This document shows, in pieces, positions 27,721-42,095 of a stretch of 64,000 nucleotides of DNA. Below the pieces are notes generated by a model that saw nothing but the letters and a program-made list of their open reading frames with translations, was not told where the DNA came from and made no database searches. Position 1 is the stretch's first letter. Every line of letters begins with the position of its first letter. The translations under genes and the position numbers were made by a program. The stretch is from Gnetum montanum (lineage: Eukaryota; Plantae; Gnetophyta): assembly GCA_015680685.1 (NCBI GenBank), contig MNCI01002242.1, positions 62,001-126,000 of the forward strand, in the 5' to 3' direction.

Positions 27721-28299
27721 TTCTAACCTTATTCCCAGTCTAGGACTCAATGTATACATCCAAACTCCTACAAGTGTGACATGATAGAGAAACATCCTTT
27801 AGGATGTTCATATCAGTATATGTCACATCCATCATCATCATTTGATTCTAACCCCACAACTTCTTCTATTACAGTAGCTTTTTTCTACCCCTTTGGTAGG
27901 CATGTTCAGCTTCTTTTAGCCTCCTACGATCATAATCACTACTCTACTCTCTTGATTCTTCTATGATTTTTAGAGTAGTTTGGAATTTTATATGAACTAC
28001 TATCATTCTTTTATATATTTTAGTTGCTATCATTGTTACATATTCTTTTAATAAATTTCTTAGCTGTTATTGTTATCCTATCATTTCTAAATTGTGACCA
28101 ATAGGTTAAATTTTTATTTAATTAGTGAAGTTTGTCCCTTCATTTCATTACCATTAATTTATTAAAGTTTACATAATTTCTAATACTATTATGATCATGA
28201 TTTAGATGTAATTCATCTAGTGTGTAGAGGTATTATTGGTAAGATTATAATAAAACAATTTTATAGTAATAGTAGACAAAGTGACTTGTACACCATCAT

Positions 28300-28652
28300 C
28301 TTTTACCAAGAATTTTCTCTTTTGAAAATAATAAAAGCTAATCTAATCACAAGATAACCAATTCATATTCAATATAATGTCATACTCTCCTAGACCTATG
28401 ATGTGTAGGTTGTTAAGTTAAAAGATATCTTGCATCATCAAGGGTTCAAACCTATTGATTTAATTCATAGTAAGCACAATACATCTAATGGTACTAACTA
28501 TATTCCTTTGAACCAAAAATTAATCTTGTAAATGAAATTCAATGACCACCCTTAGATCAATGAAAGAATGATTAGCATCAATATTAAAGAGAATCAAATG
28601 TACAAAATCAATAATTGTATCTTCAATATCCAACATAATATTAGGTTGCACA
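28300..28652 (-). pseudogene. Tekay/Del-like protease remnant (continuation of gag at 56737-57860)
   Basis: LILFNIDANHSFI (LFDSGATHSFI-like) and GEYDIILNMNWLS (DFDVILGMDWLS-like). Confidence 0.7.
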
Positions 28653-29782
28653 TGTTGATTGAGAACTTAGAAGGAAGGTTGAATAAGTTTCCCAATTAAA
28701 ATTGTTGTAGCCATCAAAATTAAAGATAATTTTTACATGGTTCCCCAACTTAGGTACATCCACACTCAGAGGGTAGAATCTTTGCACACCTATAAACTTT
28801 GTTCCTTAAAAAATGTCATTTAGAGGGTAACACAACCTTTACAAGATTTGAGCTCCACTCCAGAGTGTTTCATCACTATGAAACCACTTAATCCCACAAG
28901 GTTCCAATAAGCTTAAAATGTGGTCTAAAGGATCCCACAACCTTTATAATTTTGAGGTCTGCACCAATGTGTTTTGTTGCTACAAAACCACTCAACCCTA
29001 CAAGGTCTTGAGAAGCTCAACATAGCTGCCTTCTTGCAAGAAGCACATCAACTTAGTAGGGCTATAAAGAAAATAGAAAAGAAAGAAAAATAAGGAGAGA
29101 GTATAACCACACTTTAAAATTTCCTTGTGTTTAAGCTCTCATAAACCAACATACAAATGATATACAATGAAGAACATAACTTCTACACAAGATGTATACA
29201 ATGATGATCCAATTGTGTGAACAATGCTAGTTGATTCTCATGAATTCTACTTTGTTTTATACTCTTCAGGTTTGTAAAAACCTTTTCAAATTCATCCAAT
29301 GGCTAGCTAGTGGCTAAATAATAACTAGCAAATATTTCTATCTTTTAGTGGAGACATCTATCTTTCAAAGAATATGTATATCTTTCACTTTCTTCAACTC
29401 AGGAAAGATAAATATCTTGATGTGTAGACATCTACACATAGATATCTATCCTTAGATGTCTATCTCAGGAGGCAAACATATGATTTTATAATGAGATTTC
29501 TACCCTACCAGCACTTTTGAACTTTGAATCTCCCTATGACATTTTAGCATCTTGACAGTCCTACAACACCTTCAATTAGCTCATAGACTTCACTAACATC
29601 CATGTTCTTAACTTGTCCTTTCTAGTCCTCTTTTCATCATTGAGCTTATGTTTGTGAAGTCTTGTCTCTATATTTGAAGACCTTTTCTGATTAACTCTCT
29701 TATGAACCTACAAGATCACAATCACACACACATTCTAAATTCTTCATTTTCTCTAGGATTTTGACATGCCAAAAGATCAACA
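28653..29782 (-). repeat. 3' LTR of SIRE-like element 1
   Basis: Direct repeat of 55602-56731, flanked by a PPT. Contains AGAC(G/A)TCT palindromes and an internal ~106-bp duplication. Confidence 0.9.
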
Positions 29783-31221
29783 ATCTACTCCATTTTGGTA
29801 ATGTTCAAAACTTATGAAAATGGGTTAGCATAATATCATAACATTATAACATTATATGATAAACAATAAAATCTCAAAAGCACAAACATTTGTAGCAAAA
29901 TATAATCTATCAAGAAAATATAACTGTCTCCAAAGATATACCAATTTACCATGCTTGAGACTCTAACTAAAATCTCTCCTCCTTTTTGGACAACGTCCAA
30001 AAAGGAGAGGTACATGAAAGGTACCTACCAAGACATTTCCATAAATTTTTACCATATCTACATACCCTTGAATGATAGTCCCAAATAAATATAAACAATT
30101 AGCTAAGAAAGAAAATGTGATGGAAAAGAATACTCATACTTTAACATAGGTTTCATAGGACTGATTAAGAAAAACCAAATTTCATTAAGAGTGGATCCTT
30201 ATGTATTCATAGACCAAGTTAAGATTAGATAATTAATGAAGCACAACTAATCCAAGTCTTTTAATTGATGTCCATGAGTATTTAAAATGAAAGGCTAAAG
30301 CCCAAATTTTAAGCATTGAGAATCATGTAACCTATCTTTTAAACCAATTATTCCATTAGTAACAAATAAACCAATATCTCATGATTCTATAATCACTTAA
30401 TATTCTACTCCTTTTGAAACATCAACAAAAAGATAATACATAGCAATTCCATGGTAGAAGAGTAAATACATGAATATTTAACTTTTAAGAATTAGATCAA
30501 ATACTCACAAGAAAGGTCAAAGTAGCACAACTTATCATGCTAAATATCTCAAAAGATCAAAAACAACAAATTCTTAATAAGATGTCCATAAAGCAATTTG
30601 TATATAGCTATGTTAATTTTAAATACTAGCACCAAGAAATACATCACAAGGTAAAATATTTAAAGGATATCTTGACCAAACTTAACTCATAATTTTCCCT
30701 TAGATACTTTACCACACTCTAAAATGAATAGTACTTTTCTTACTCAATTTCAATTGTGGGTGTTGGAGTGGGAGGTCTTGTTGGTTCAGTGTCTTTTGGT
30801 AAGACTTTCAAAACACTCCCCTTACACCGGTGGCCTATAAGATGATAATTGTTGATGAGGTATAGGCTTCCCCTACATATATGCTTGTATTTCTTCCTAG
30901 TCTCTTTGGTCATCATGCATCTTTTTTAGAGACATTGGTATTCTTCCCTTGAGCCTTTTAGGATCTTCATGTTGCACAAAAGTTCTAAGATCAAGTGTGG
31001 AGACTAAGGTCTCCCATTAGTGATATTCTTTAAAAACAATGATGAAAATATTTTTAATGTTTATTGTAAGCAATTTCTTCCTAGATAGTTAATAAGAAAC
31101 CCCTTTTGAAAAGAAGGGCATTATGATCAGACATTAAGAATTCAAAAATCATTACAATAATAGTAGTCTCCATCTATTGATTGACTATCTTTTCATGGAT
31201 CACCTTTCCTTTGTAGAGATG

Positions 31222-32156
31222 TGAAACACCATCAAATTTGAATGTTGTAACCTTTGTAACCTCATACCATGAAACTCAAGGCTAGACCTCATTATATATG
31301 TGAAGATTGTAATCCATAAGGTGTAATATCACGTCCTTTATATCTTTAGGGCTAAAAAATGCCTCATAAGTGGCTAAAGCCTCATTTCCCAAGGTAAAAA
31401 AAGTGATACAATGTATATATTTTGGCTTAGGAGGCTAAAAATGCCTTTTGGAATGGCAAAATTAGCATTTTGATGGGTTTTATGGGCGGTATAACATTTT
31501 CTATGATGGAGACATCTACATGGGGGTATGACTTACCTACCCTTAGAATGGAGGAATGTGATAGCATCAATGCCTAGCGTGGAAGGATTTGACATCATCC
31601 ATGCCCAGTGTGGAGGGTATAGCCCTTACCTCCTAGCATTGATACATCATATCTTTAACATTTATTCTCTCTCTCTCTCTCCCAAGTGTCGATCCAACAT
31701 AGCCAAGATCTCAAAACAGTACTAACTCTAGCAAGGATCCTCCACATCAATGTTGCTATTGGATGTCCCAATGTGGGTGGAAAGATCCAACATGGATGAA
31801 ATTTATATTTACTATTTTTAGTAAATGGAATGGAATTTATGCCATGGGGTTATAACACTTACCCCATATGGTGACCCCCCTTGATTTGCATACCCACCAC
31901 ACCAACATGTAGCCAAAAGTTGCAGTAATCAAGTAAAAATTTGTAGCACCAATTTAGCATAATTTGTAGAAGGATTTATGGCCAAAAAACCTATAAAACC
32001 TAAGTTCCTATACCATGAAATGATTCCACACTTTTGGCATTTTGCATACTTTGGCATTTTGGAAACTTGAGAGCTCTTGCAACCTTGCAAAAATGCAAAT
32101 TCTCAAACCCCCAACATGGAACTACTGTAGCCTATTATCCCCCCTTAAGATCTATG
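31222..32156 (+). repeat. 5' LTR of Tat copy 3 (runs into assembly gap)
   Basis: Aligns with 52118-53000 at roughly 85% identity by eye. Confidence 0.9.
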
Positions 32157-32391
32157 NNNNNNNNNNNNNNNNNNNNNNNNNNNNNNNNNNNNNNNNNNNN
32201 NNNNNNNNNNNNNNNNNNNNNNNNNNNNNNNNNNNNNNNNNNNNNNNNNNNNNNNNNNNNNNNNNNNNNNNNNNNNNNNNNNNNNNNNNNNNNNNNNNNN
32301 NNNNNNNNNNNNNNNNNNNNNNNNNNNNNNNNNNNNNNNNNNNNNNNNNNNNNNNNNNNNNNNNNNNNNNNNNNNNNNNNNNNNNNNNNNN
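32157..32391. other. assembly gap (N run)
   Basis: Run of Ns. A smaller gap lies at 13706-13721. Confidence 1.
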
Positions 32392-32655
32392 CACCCTCTC
32401 TTTTCTTTCCCCTTGCTACACCTAGTGTAGATGTGGCTAGAAAGCTCAAAGTGGGTGGAGCTTGATACCACCTTTTGCCATTTTTAGTAAAGGGGTATAC
32501 CCCCTTTGACAACCACCTTAATATTTATAGTAAATAACCTATTTTAAGCTACTTTTATCATTTTTAATTTTTCATCATTTTCACTTGTTGGAATTTGCAC
32601 TTTTACTCATCTATTTACAGCTTGTATTTAGCCTTTTTCTTTTAGCATTTCCACC

Positions 32656-35600
32656 ATGTCATTGGAAAACCAATCATGTCACCCTTTAACTTTGCTAACA
32701 ACGAGTCCAACCAACAAGTTGTGAGGGTCTATGACCCCAAAGACCCTACCATGGTTAAATTTAGGTAATCCTTATAACTTACGGGACAAAGTCCTAGGTT
32801 CTCAATGAGAAATGAAGATCACTATAACTACATTTGTGCCAAAATCCAAGTGGGCATGCTAATTCCATGGATGAAAGTAGAGGCAAAAAGGGAGTATGAG
32901 CTCATACATCAAGATGGGAAGAAGTATGTTCCTTCCCTATATATCCAAATACCCCTTACTAATACCTACTCTTGCATCCTATCTTAGTTGATTAAGATGG
33001 ATGGAGATGATGAGAAGGTTAGCTTGGATGAGCACCAAGAGGAAGAAGAGGATGAGTTTAGGATGGAATATGAACATGGAAACATCCTAGGTGGGTTGTT
33101 TTGACAAGAAAACCCCAACGCCATAGTTCTTGCCTCCACTTCCTTTGTCCCCTCCATAGAACAACTACCATCATCATCCACCCCTTCTTACTTGATCATG
33201 TTTGGGCCCACAACAATCATCACCATGCACCAAACACAATCAGTGCTGCATTCCACTACATTCCACTTTTCCATGCCATTTTCCACCCATCCCCAATCTA
33301 TACAACCTTTGTCAATGGTTGTCACTGCCACTAATCCTCTAACCACTAAGGTGGGATCCACCATGGAACCCTAAGCAATCCAAGTGTCACACACCCCCTT
33401 CATTCTATTTGTGCCCTAGATATTAGCACAACCTTCATTCTGTTTGTTTGGCCCACTGACCACTGCAATAACACAACCTTTCACCTCTGTGTTGCAATTG
33501 ATAGCGAGACCACAAGCCTCCCAACAAATACCATAGCCTTTTTTGTAGACCCCATAGCTGATAGGAGCATCCTAGGACCTAGATCAAGCTTTCTAGATGA
33601 TCCAAGACATGATGGAGAATTTGAATAGGCTTAAGACCTCTACATTTCAAATCGTTAAGGTTATGGACTTTTACCAAGATGATCCCATTAGTTCTATGAT
33701 CCCATCCTTAATGCTTCCTCCTAGTGTCCTCATCCCATAATTCATGAAATACAATTGCAAAGGTGATCCCAATGCTCACCTTATAACCTTTCAATTTGAG
33801 TGCTTGTTGTTGTAGTCATGGTCATACACAATCATGAGGATATTCCCTATGTTCCATATAGGGAAAGCCCTTGACTAGTATCATTCCTTACCTAGAGGAT
33901 CTATATACTCTCTATAAGACCTCATAGTGCATTTCATTAACTACTTCATGTACAACTTAGAGTTTGACACTACGCTTAACCAACTAATGAAGGTTAAGTA
34001 GGGACCACTTGAATTGGTGAAGAAGTTCATCTAATGATGGAATGATCTACTCAATAAGATACTGGAACCTATATCAAAAACCTATGTTTTGACTATGTTT
34101 AAGAGGACAATTAATGATTTTATCAAGTCCAAGCTATATTACCTTGACCTATGATGACTTAGTAAAGCATTCTCTCAAACTAAGAACATAGAGGATGTTG
34201 CAAAGGCTAGTCATGATCCTTCCTACATGGCGTACAAAAACCAACACACATAGAGAGATAGGGATAAAGGTAAATAGAACAACATGGTAGTGGTGATGGT
34301 AGCAATAAAGACGGAAATGACTAACTAGGGGCCAAAAGTCAATCCATCCAAAGTCCCTACTAACAACCAAAATAACCAGCCATCAACTTCTAGGGCCATT
34401 GCATCAACTTCTTCTAGACCTAACTTTGAGTGGAAGAACAAAACTAAATACATTAGGCTACCTTTGAAGCCATCCAAACTCTTGGATCATTTGTTGTAGA
34501 GTGGGAGGATCTAATACAAGAATATGTCTGAAGTTGCTTGTAAAAAGCATGAAAAGATGTTTGAGATAGCCAACGACCCTACTCTCAAGTAACAAAAGAT
34601 GACCCTCAAGTAGCTAAGTACTTTAGGCTTGACCACTTCTGCCACTATCATCAATTTTCTGGTCATGACACTGACTTCTACCTTGCATTAAAGGATGACC
34701 TACAAAAGATGATAGATAAGGAAGAGTTCATCCTAGATGCTTCTAACCCTATCTAACCATAGAACTAGTCTAAAAAGTGTATAAAGATCCATAAAATCCC
34801 AACAATAGTGCATACATTATATCAGTGTTCAACATCAATGACAACTGAAGGCTTATGAGGGAGCCATTCATGATTCAGATACCTCCTCATGATGGAAGGG
34901 GCTCTTTAGCTTCCACTAGATCAAGAACCCATTTTTTTATAAGGATACCATCATAGACATTCCCTAAGGGGCCTTTTGTCATCAGGGTGCCCTAGCCCAA
35001 CACAATCCAACTTGCTCCTACCACTAAATAGTGACCCCCCATGGTAGCTAAGTTATGGCCTCTTCCTATCAAACAAACAATGATTATCAAAGGGCCTTAA
35101 CCAAGCAAAGGAAGAAACCTAAGAAAAATTCCAACAAGGATGACAAGTAGGTTGAGGCATAGAAGAAAGTGGGCCCACCGAAGCCCACTCCCATATCATT
35201 AGTACCCATGACCTTTGCAACTGAGGCTACTTTGACAAGCAAACCATGGAATGAACGTAAGATCCAACAGAAAGTTAAAAAGAAGAAACAACAACAAAAA
35301 TATAAAAATAAGGTGTACATTTTAGGGTGCATGGAGCAAGTTAAGTACAACCAGGGCAACAAGCCAATGGTCAATGAAAAAAACTTCCTAAGTGCGATGG
35401 ACCAAGTCAAGTAGTCTCTTAAACAAAAACACACAACCTTGAGCTTATACGACTTGATCATGACTTCTGCTACACATCATGAAGCACTAGTGAAGATGTT
35501 GACTTCTATCCCTATGAGTGAAGACATTCAAACTAATGAGGAATCCATTCATGTAGTGATGGTTCCTTCTTCACCAAGGAAAAAGTCAACATCGCTATTA

Positions 35601-36288
35601 TTTCATGATAGTAAAATCAAGGCCAATCCCCAAAATAGTAAAGTGACCAAAGCTCCTCTTTTCATAATGATATGAGTGGGGCAATATAAGATGCATCGAG
35701 TGCATGTGAATGATGGGGCTATGATGAATGTCATCCCATGCACCATAGTTGCATATTTAGGCTTAATAGAGTAGATACAACATACTGCAACATTAGCTCT
35801 CAAGTTTTTTAATGGACCGTGGTTTGCTATTAAGGGATATATCTCCTTAGACCTTGCGGTAGGGGAGCAATTTCCCACAAATGCAAATTTCTTGGTTGTA
35901 GAGAAAACACTCAAATTTAACCTTATCCTAGAAAGACCTTGGTTGGCTCAACTACAAACCATATCCTCACAAATCCACCAAGAGGTCCACCTTTCTTACA
36001 AGGGAGGTAAAATAATCATTCATGGTGATAGCACAATTCCCCTAGCTATTAACAATGTAATTATAGAATAATGGTTTGAAGTGGAACTTTAGGATGAAAC
36101 TCCCAGTCACAAAGTTAAGCAACCCAAGAGATGGGGAAAAGCCAAAAATGATAACAATGGGATGTGGGACATGCTATGTAAAGAGGTCCCCTTCAACATC
36201 ATCAATGAAGGGGATGGAAATACAAACTAGTATAAAACAAGTTTTACATGTTTTATAATCTCTCAAAAATTAGGAAGCACTTGCACAA
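32656..36288 (+). pseudogene. gag-protease pseudogene of Tat copy 3
   Basis: FMKYNCKGDPNAHL, FCHYHQFSGHDTDF, and protease VHVNDGAMMNVIP...NLILERPWL. Confidence 0.85.
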
Positions 36289-37089
36289 GTAATGTACACC
36301 CTTGATCCTTCCATCTTATGCCCCTCTGACATTGTAACCAATATGTATTTATAGCCAGTTAGCCTAGATTTCCTTGTTGTCTCTTTACACCTTTCTACTT
36401 GCTTTATTTTAATCTTTTTCCACATGTAGCATAAGGATTTACTTTTTTTGCATTTTTATTTATCAAAGCCTTTTTGTTTCTTTGTTTTCCTTTTCTTAGC
36501 ATGATATAAATTGCAAAAACCTCATAAAAATTATAAAACTAGGAAAACCATAAAAATCTTAAAATATAAAACAAACAAAAATATGTCTCTCCTTACAACT
36601 CGGGCCCACCATGACCTAAAACTGGAAATAACTCATGGCCCACCATGGCCTTAATTTGGCAAAACCCTTTTACAACCACATAACATATGGCCCAACCATG
36701 GCCTAAAACTAGCAAGTATCCCATGGCCTTAACTCACAATTGATATTATAACATATATGCATTCTTAGCCTACAACTTTATAGTCATTTTCATTGTAGCC
36801 AATGTAGCCATCTACAACATAGTTATTTAAAACATTTATAACCTTAAGACCTTAAATAGTAAATCCATAAACATCATATATAGCTAAAATTTAAACTAAA
36901 ACTTAAAACGTAAAACCTTTAAACATACATAGCCATAGCCACATTGTGTGGCACAAATGTCAAAACAATAAACAACTATAAACTGTCTACAACTGAAAAA
37001 TTGGCCAATACTAGCCATACAACATCCATTGAAAATCAAAATGAAACAACAACAACAACAAAAACTATCACAACAGGAATCTAGCAATA

Positions 37090-40000
37090 CTATGTGGCAT
37101 CTAGGGAAGGAGGTAGAAGATCACCATCATTACCATTGCCACTGAGGTAGCCAACATTTCCTAGTGCCTATGACATAATAACATAAGATCAATCAGTAAT
37201 AAAACAATAAAAATGATAACTTAAACAAAACCAAAATGATAAAACTAAAAGCAAGTCGTCAAACCTGCAAGGAATCTAGCTCAATGACTGCTGGGGGTAG
37301 ATGTTGAAGACCAATCCTTAAATGATGGAGAATCTAGTCTTCCATCATGTTGGCCTAGTCAACATCCCTAAAATTAATCCCTATGAGGATGTTTGTGGGG
37401 TCCACCTAGGTCCAATCTAGTGGGTCTTATAACATCATAGCCATAGGAATCTCACCTGTAGCCATAACGATCTTAGGAGTAGGAGATTTGGCAACCATGA
37501 AAGTGCTATCAAAGAATCTGTAAGCACTCTTAGCTTGAATTCTCTAGATGAATAGCTCCATCTTATACCATTCAACCATCTCCTCCTTCAACCACTTTAA
37601 GCATGCCTCTTGATTAGATTTTTACTACCTCTTATGATCCTTTTGTGCTCGGGCCGACTATAAGACCTAGCCACAATAATCCTTCTAGTCCTTGACTTTT
37701 TGGGAGATCAAATTCATTTAAATTATTTGCTCAACCATCTCCCTAGCAAGGGAAACCTTATCATGGATGTTGCGCTAGTAGTAAGCCTAGGTGATCTCTT
37801 TGGTTCATAAGTTCTTTGAGGTAGCCACTTGGGCTTTCACAAAGGCCTTATGATCCTCAAGGTTCCTAATCCTCTCAGCTTGCCCCTTGGTCTCCTCCCT
37901 CAAGGCCACAACTTGCTCCCATAGGGATTCATTAGGCCTTTAGAACTCCCATGAATTTTTTGCACATGAGACTACAAGTTCAGTAGCAATTTCATATAAC
38001 TTTATGGGAACATTTTGAGTGTTAGAGAGGACCTTTGATAAGGAATCAAACTCCATGTCATAGTTCAGGTCCCATGCAAATGATGGCATTGTAAACAAAT
38101 CATGATCATAAATATAACCATAAGCACAATATACAATCTAAAATAGCCATAACATAGATATGACTCATAGCAAACAAATTAAGGCAAATAAAACATAACT
38201 CTTCCTGATCTTGGGTGAAACCAATTGATGATGTCCTTAAAAACTTCACACATGAATTCCATCTTATCTGGAACCTCTAACCAAGGTTTCACATGAAACT
38301 TAGGTATAGAGGTCTTTACCTATGGCTAAGGAACTACAATAAGCATAATAATAATCAAAATGTTAGAGAAAAAAACATAAAATCATAGGATATAATGAGT
38401 AGCATTAAGACACATGCATACATGGCTCCTTCTTTCGGATGATGATGGGGGATGCACCTTGCAATGGCTTACTAAACAAGGCATCTAGTCATCTAGATCA
38501 ATGTTGTCTAATCCTTTAGCCTCATGTTTCTATTAGAGTGTCTACTCTACCTACCTTTGTTCCTCTACAACTACAACAATGGCATGCCTCTATGCCTCCT
38601 CTATTGTGGTAGCTACATGTCTTCGCTCCTCCTCCTTAGTGGTAGCTTGGGCTTCCATGTCTTGACACTTATCTACAATCATAACCTATAAAACAAGTTA
38701 ACATGCATAGCCATAAAACATAGAACATACCATAAATAATCACTAAAACATAGTAAAACTTATTGGTAACTACTTAATTTGACCTATTAAGCTTCAACTT
38801 GATCTTCTTCATGGTGGGTGGTTCCAATGCTGGTGGTGCTTCCTCTATAGGCCATTTTAATTTCTCCCTAGCTACCTCATCAACCTCGGAATGCAACTCT
38901 TGGACCCTCTTGACATTCGTTAGAACTAAAAGGGGGCTCCTCCCCTATGCTGTCAGGGGAAGCACATCGCCTAACATCAAAATTCTTACTAGTAATAGAC
39001 AATGAGTCATCCATCTCCTCTAGTGAACTTTGGACCTACATGGTAGGATAAATATGCTTTATCTAAGGCCTAGAGAGCTGGTTAGGGTCTTGGGCCATAA
39101 AACATGCACCCCTCCTCACCACCAAGAACTCCATAAACCTCTTCAAATAACTTGTAAAAAATGCATAATACATGTAGATTATGGTAGAGGTATATTTGTA
39201 GAGTTTGAGGATCTCCTCTTGAAGCCTTGAAACCAAGGAAGTAGCCCAATTGAATTGCATATCCTCTATTAGAACCTTCTTAAATGTTCATCCCTATGCA
39301 ATACCGATCACCTTCTTTTGTGAAAATAGTTTGGGAAAGGTGCAAGATCAGTACAAAGAATAAGATTCCTTTGCTTTGGAATTCATGAAGCCATCCAAGA
39401 TAAGCCTGGAATGGCCCTTACTAGCATTGGACCACTTCTTAACTTTCTCATGATGGCCAACCTCCTTCACTAGTTTGGTGGCAACATTTATCTTGTCTAC
39501 AGGAATGCCAAAAAAGTCATAGAAGGTCTCATCATTGATAGGAATGTTGATCGATACACCTAGTACTATGGTGCTAAATTGATTTGATCCTACATTGAAG
39601 GAGTTAATGACATTTAGCATCTCTACAACAAGGATGGAGGTGGTAGGTTCCATAAAATCATCAAGCGATCCTACACGTTGAATGTTTACTTGGATGCTTC
39701 TAGGCACCTATCGTCTCAGCTACTTTTATGCTAGCCTTACCTCACCACATTTTAGGATGAACGTATCCTCCAGGCATTCTGAAAGGGGTAGGATGATGTT
39801 AAAACTAGTGGAAGGTCCTATAGGGCAACAAAAAATGCTTAGCATCAACATAGGCACACCTAACAAAACCAAGATATAGTCATAGAAACATTATGTAGAA
39901 TGTGACAAACCATTCTTATTCTCACCTTTCTTCTTCTTGCTCGGGGAAGTTCATGTGGGGGTCCTAGCAACAACACCCTTCTCCCTAACATTCTTGAAAG

Positions 40001-42095
40001 CCACCTACTAGCTATGTGTTGTTTTGGCAACCACACGTTTCTTGTAAACAAGGATAAACATATCAGTGTATTTATCAAAATCCCCTCTTAACTACTCATA
40101 TACAATAGTTCTGATCTTTGGGCCTTTGGTAAATTTAATTAAAGTAGTTTGGCTACTTCCAAGGTTTGATCATTCTTGATCAAGTCCTATTCATTAACCC
40201 TATACCTACAAGATGTTCATAAAACAAACAAGTTAAGAAAAGTGACTAAACTAGTAAAAAGCCAAAAATGTTAGGAAACTATAATAACCATGCTTAGCCC
40301 TGTAGTTGGTACACTCTGCCAAGTGGGTTCTAGAATAGTGTGTGGACTTTGTGTACCACCATTAGAGTACTATTAGCATTATACTGAAAATACTCTAGTG
40401 TGTTCCAGATCTCCAATAAGTAACATGTGTCGATGCTATCCCTAGTCTCCACTGACTCTCCTACTACTAAAGTTTTAGGATCATCAGTTATGAACCTGCG
40501 ATTAGTCTCGTAGACCTAGGTAGCAAGGTCTTCACTATAATCCTCACCACATCTATGGACAAGTATGTCCATATCATCACACTAAAGTTCTATAGGGTGT
40601 AGGTAAGGAATTCCCTTGTCCCTGGTCAAAACCATAGTGAGCCTCATTCCAAAATTAAGTTTAGAAGGGGGATGTAAGCCTTGAGTTGGTTGATATAGCA
40701 TAATATTCCCACCAACTCAACCACTATGAGGATAGGTTTTATTAGTTCCCTACATGAAAAATAAAAATACCATTAGGACCATGTTTCAACACTTAGAATT
40801 TCTTGAACAATTTTACCAAACATCATAGTTGGGGGTAAAATTAGACCCTATAAAAAACTCTAATGTGTTGGCTAAAATTTGTTTATAAATTCAACATCAA
40901 CATTTTTACAACCTTTAAAGGCCTTATACATCATAGCCAAAACTTCATGACCAAAATTATGCCTTAGTTTAAAACAACGTTAACATGAAAACACCCACTA
41001 AAAGCTAGAAAACAACCATAGGAGAATACTTACTAAAAATAGTAAACCTTTTTAGTAACATTGAATCCAAATTTATAACACTGCCAACATCCTTAGGCAT
41101 CTCTAGGGGCATGAGATATTGACAAAGAAAAATTTCCAAGTGTGTTAGCGCTACCCATCCCCAATGGGTAAAACTAATATAGCCACAACAAAGCTTGATT
41201 TATATAGCCTTAATGAAAAATTCATGAAAATCCATTTTAATCTTGATTTCAGTGATTCCACTAAGGAAGGAATCCTAAAATCATAAGCTTTATAGCCATA
41301 ATTAGAAAAATTGAAAATCCATAGCAATCTTTGCATAAAATTTGATCAAACTAACATGACCGTAGCCGTCACTAGAAACCCCCGTTCATGTAGGGTTGGT
41401 AAGAAATTCATCAAAAATTCATTTTAACTCCAAATGGAGTGATTCCTACACTATTTGAAATCCTATATCAAGCCCTATACACCCATGACCTTAAAAAATT
41501 GGAAACCCATGTCATTTCTTCAAAAAAAATTATAAAATTCTATGAAAATTTGAAAACGGCACAAACATCAAGCATGCAACATAACCAAAATGGTCAAATA
41601 TCCCTCATTAAAACTCCAAATTGAACAAGGACATAGCCAATTGAAAGCTTAAATCTAGCTCTAAAAACACAAAACCATAAATTTTAACAATTTCTAACTA
41701 ATTTATTAAAAAAAATTCAAAATTATGATTTCTTTTTTACCAAAACTAGTATAAAACACCAAAAACCTAATTTTAAAACCTAATCAAATGAAGCCAAAAT
41801 AACCAAACGATTGTAGATGCCTTAAAAAACATCAAAATAGGGGATATTATTTTGTCAAATTTCAATTTTAGCACATATAATGGCCTAGTTCTAGAAAAAT
41901 AGCCCTATCCAAAACTAAAGAAAACATTAAAAAAAAAACAATTAGGAAACACACAAAACAGCTAGTAATGGCCTACCTTGGGGTTATAGCATGTAAGCTT
42001 TGCATAACAACAAGCCTAGCTTGGTGTAAGATGCCCTAGGCTACTACATCTACCTCTTCAATCTTTCAATTTTTGCTACTTCCTCCTTTCCTCAT
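37090..42095 (-). pseudogene. antisense multi-exon accessory gene (unknown N-terminal part, retroelement extra-ORF-like domain, coiled-coil C-terminus)
   Basis: Minus-strand GT-AG introns at 40750-41976, 39860-39925, ~38688-38773 and ~38335-38421, plus weaker ones near 40206-40290, 38090-38198 and 37195-37264. Long same-frame exon with INDETFYDFFGIP and QFNWATSLVSRLQEEI. Most stops can be explained by C>T/G>A decay. Confidence 0.7.

Noticed and set aside
27771-27830. gtgtgaca / tgtcacatcc as Tekay 3' LTR termini
   Set aside because: No extended similarity to the LTR at 57922 and no PPT or TSD.
31244-31253. TGTTGTAACC as the 5' LTR start of copy 3
   Set aside because: Similarity to the 3' LTR extends upstream to TGAAACACC at 31222, where the TSD fits.
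32034-32512. several long ORFs
   Set aside because: Artefacts of the N run.
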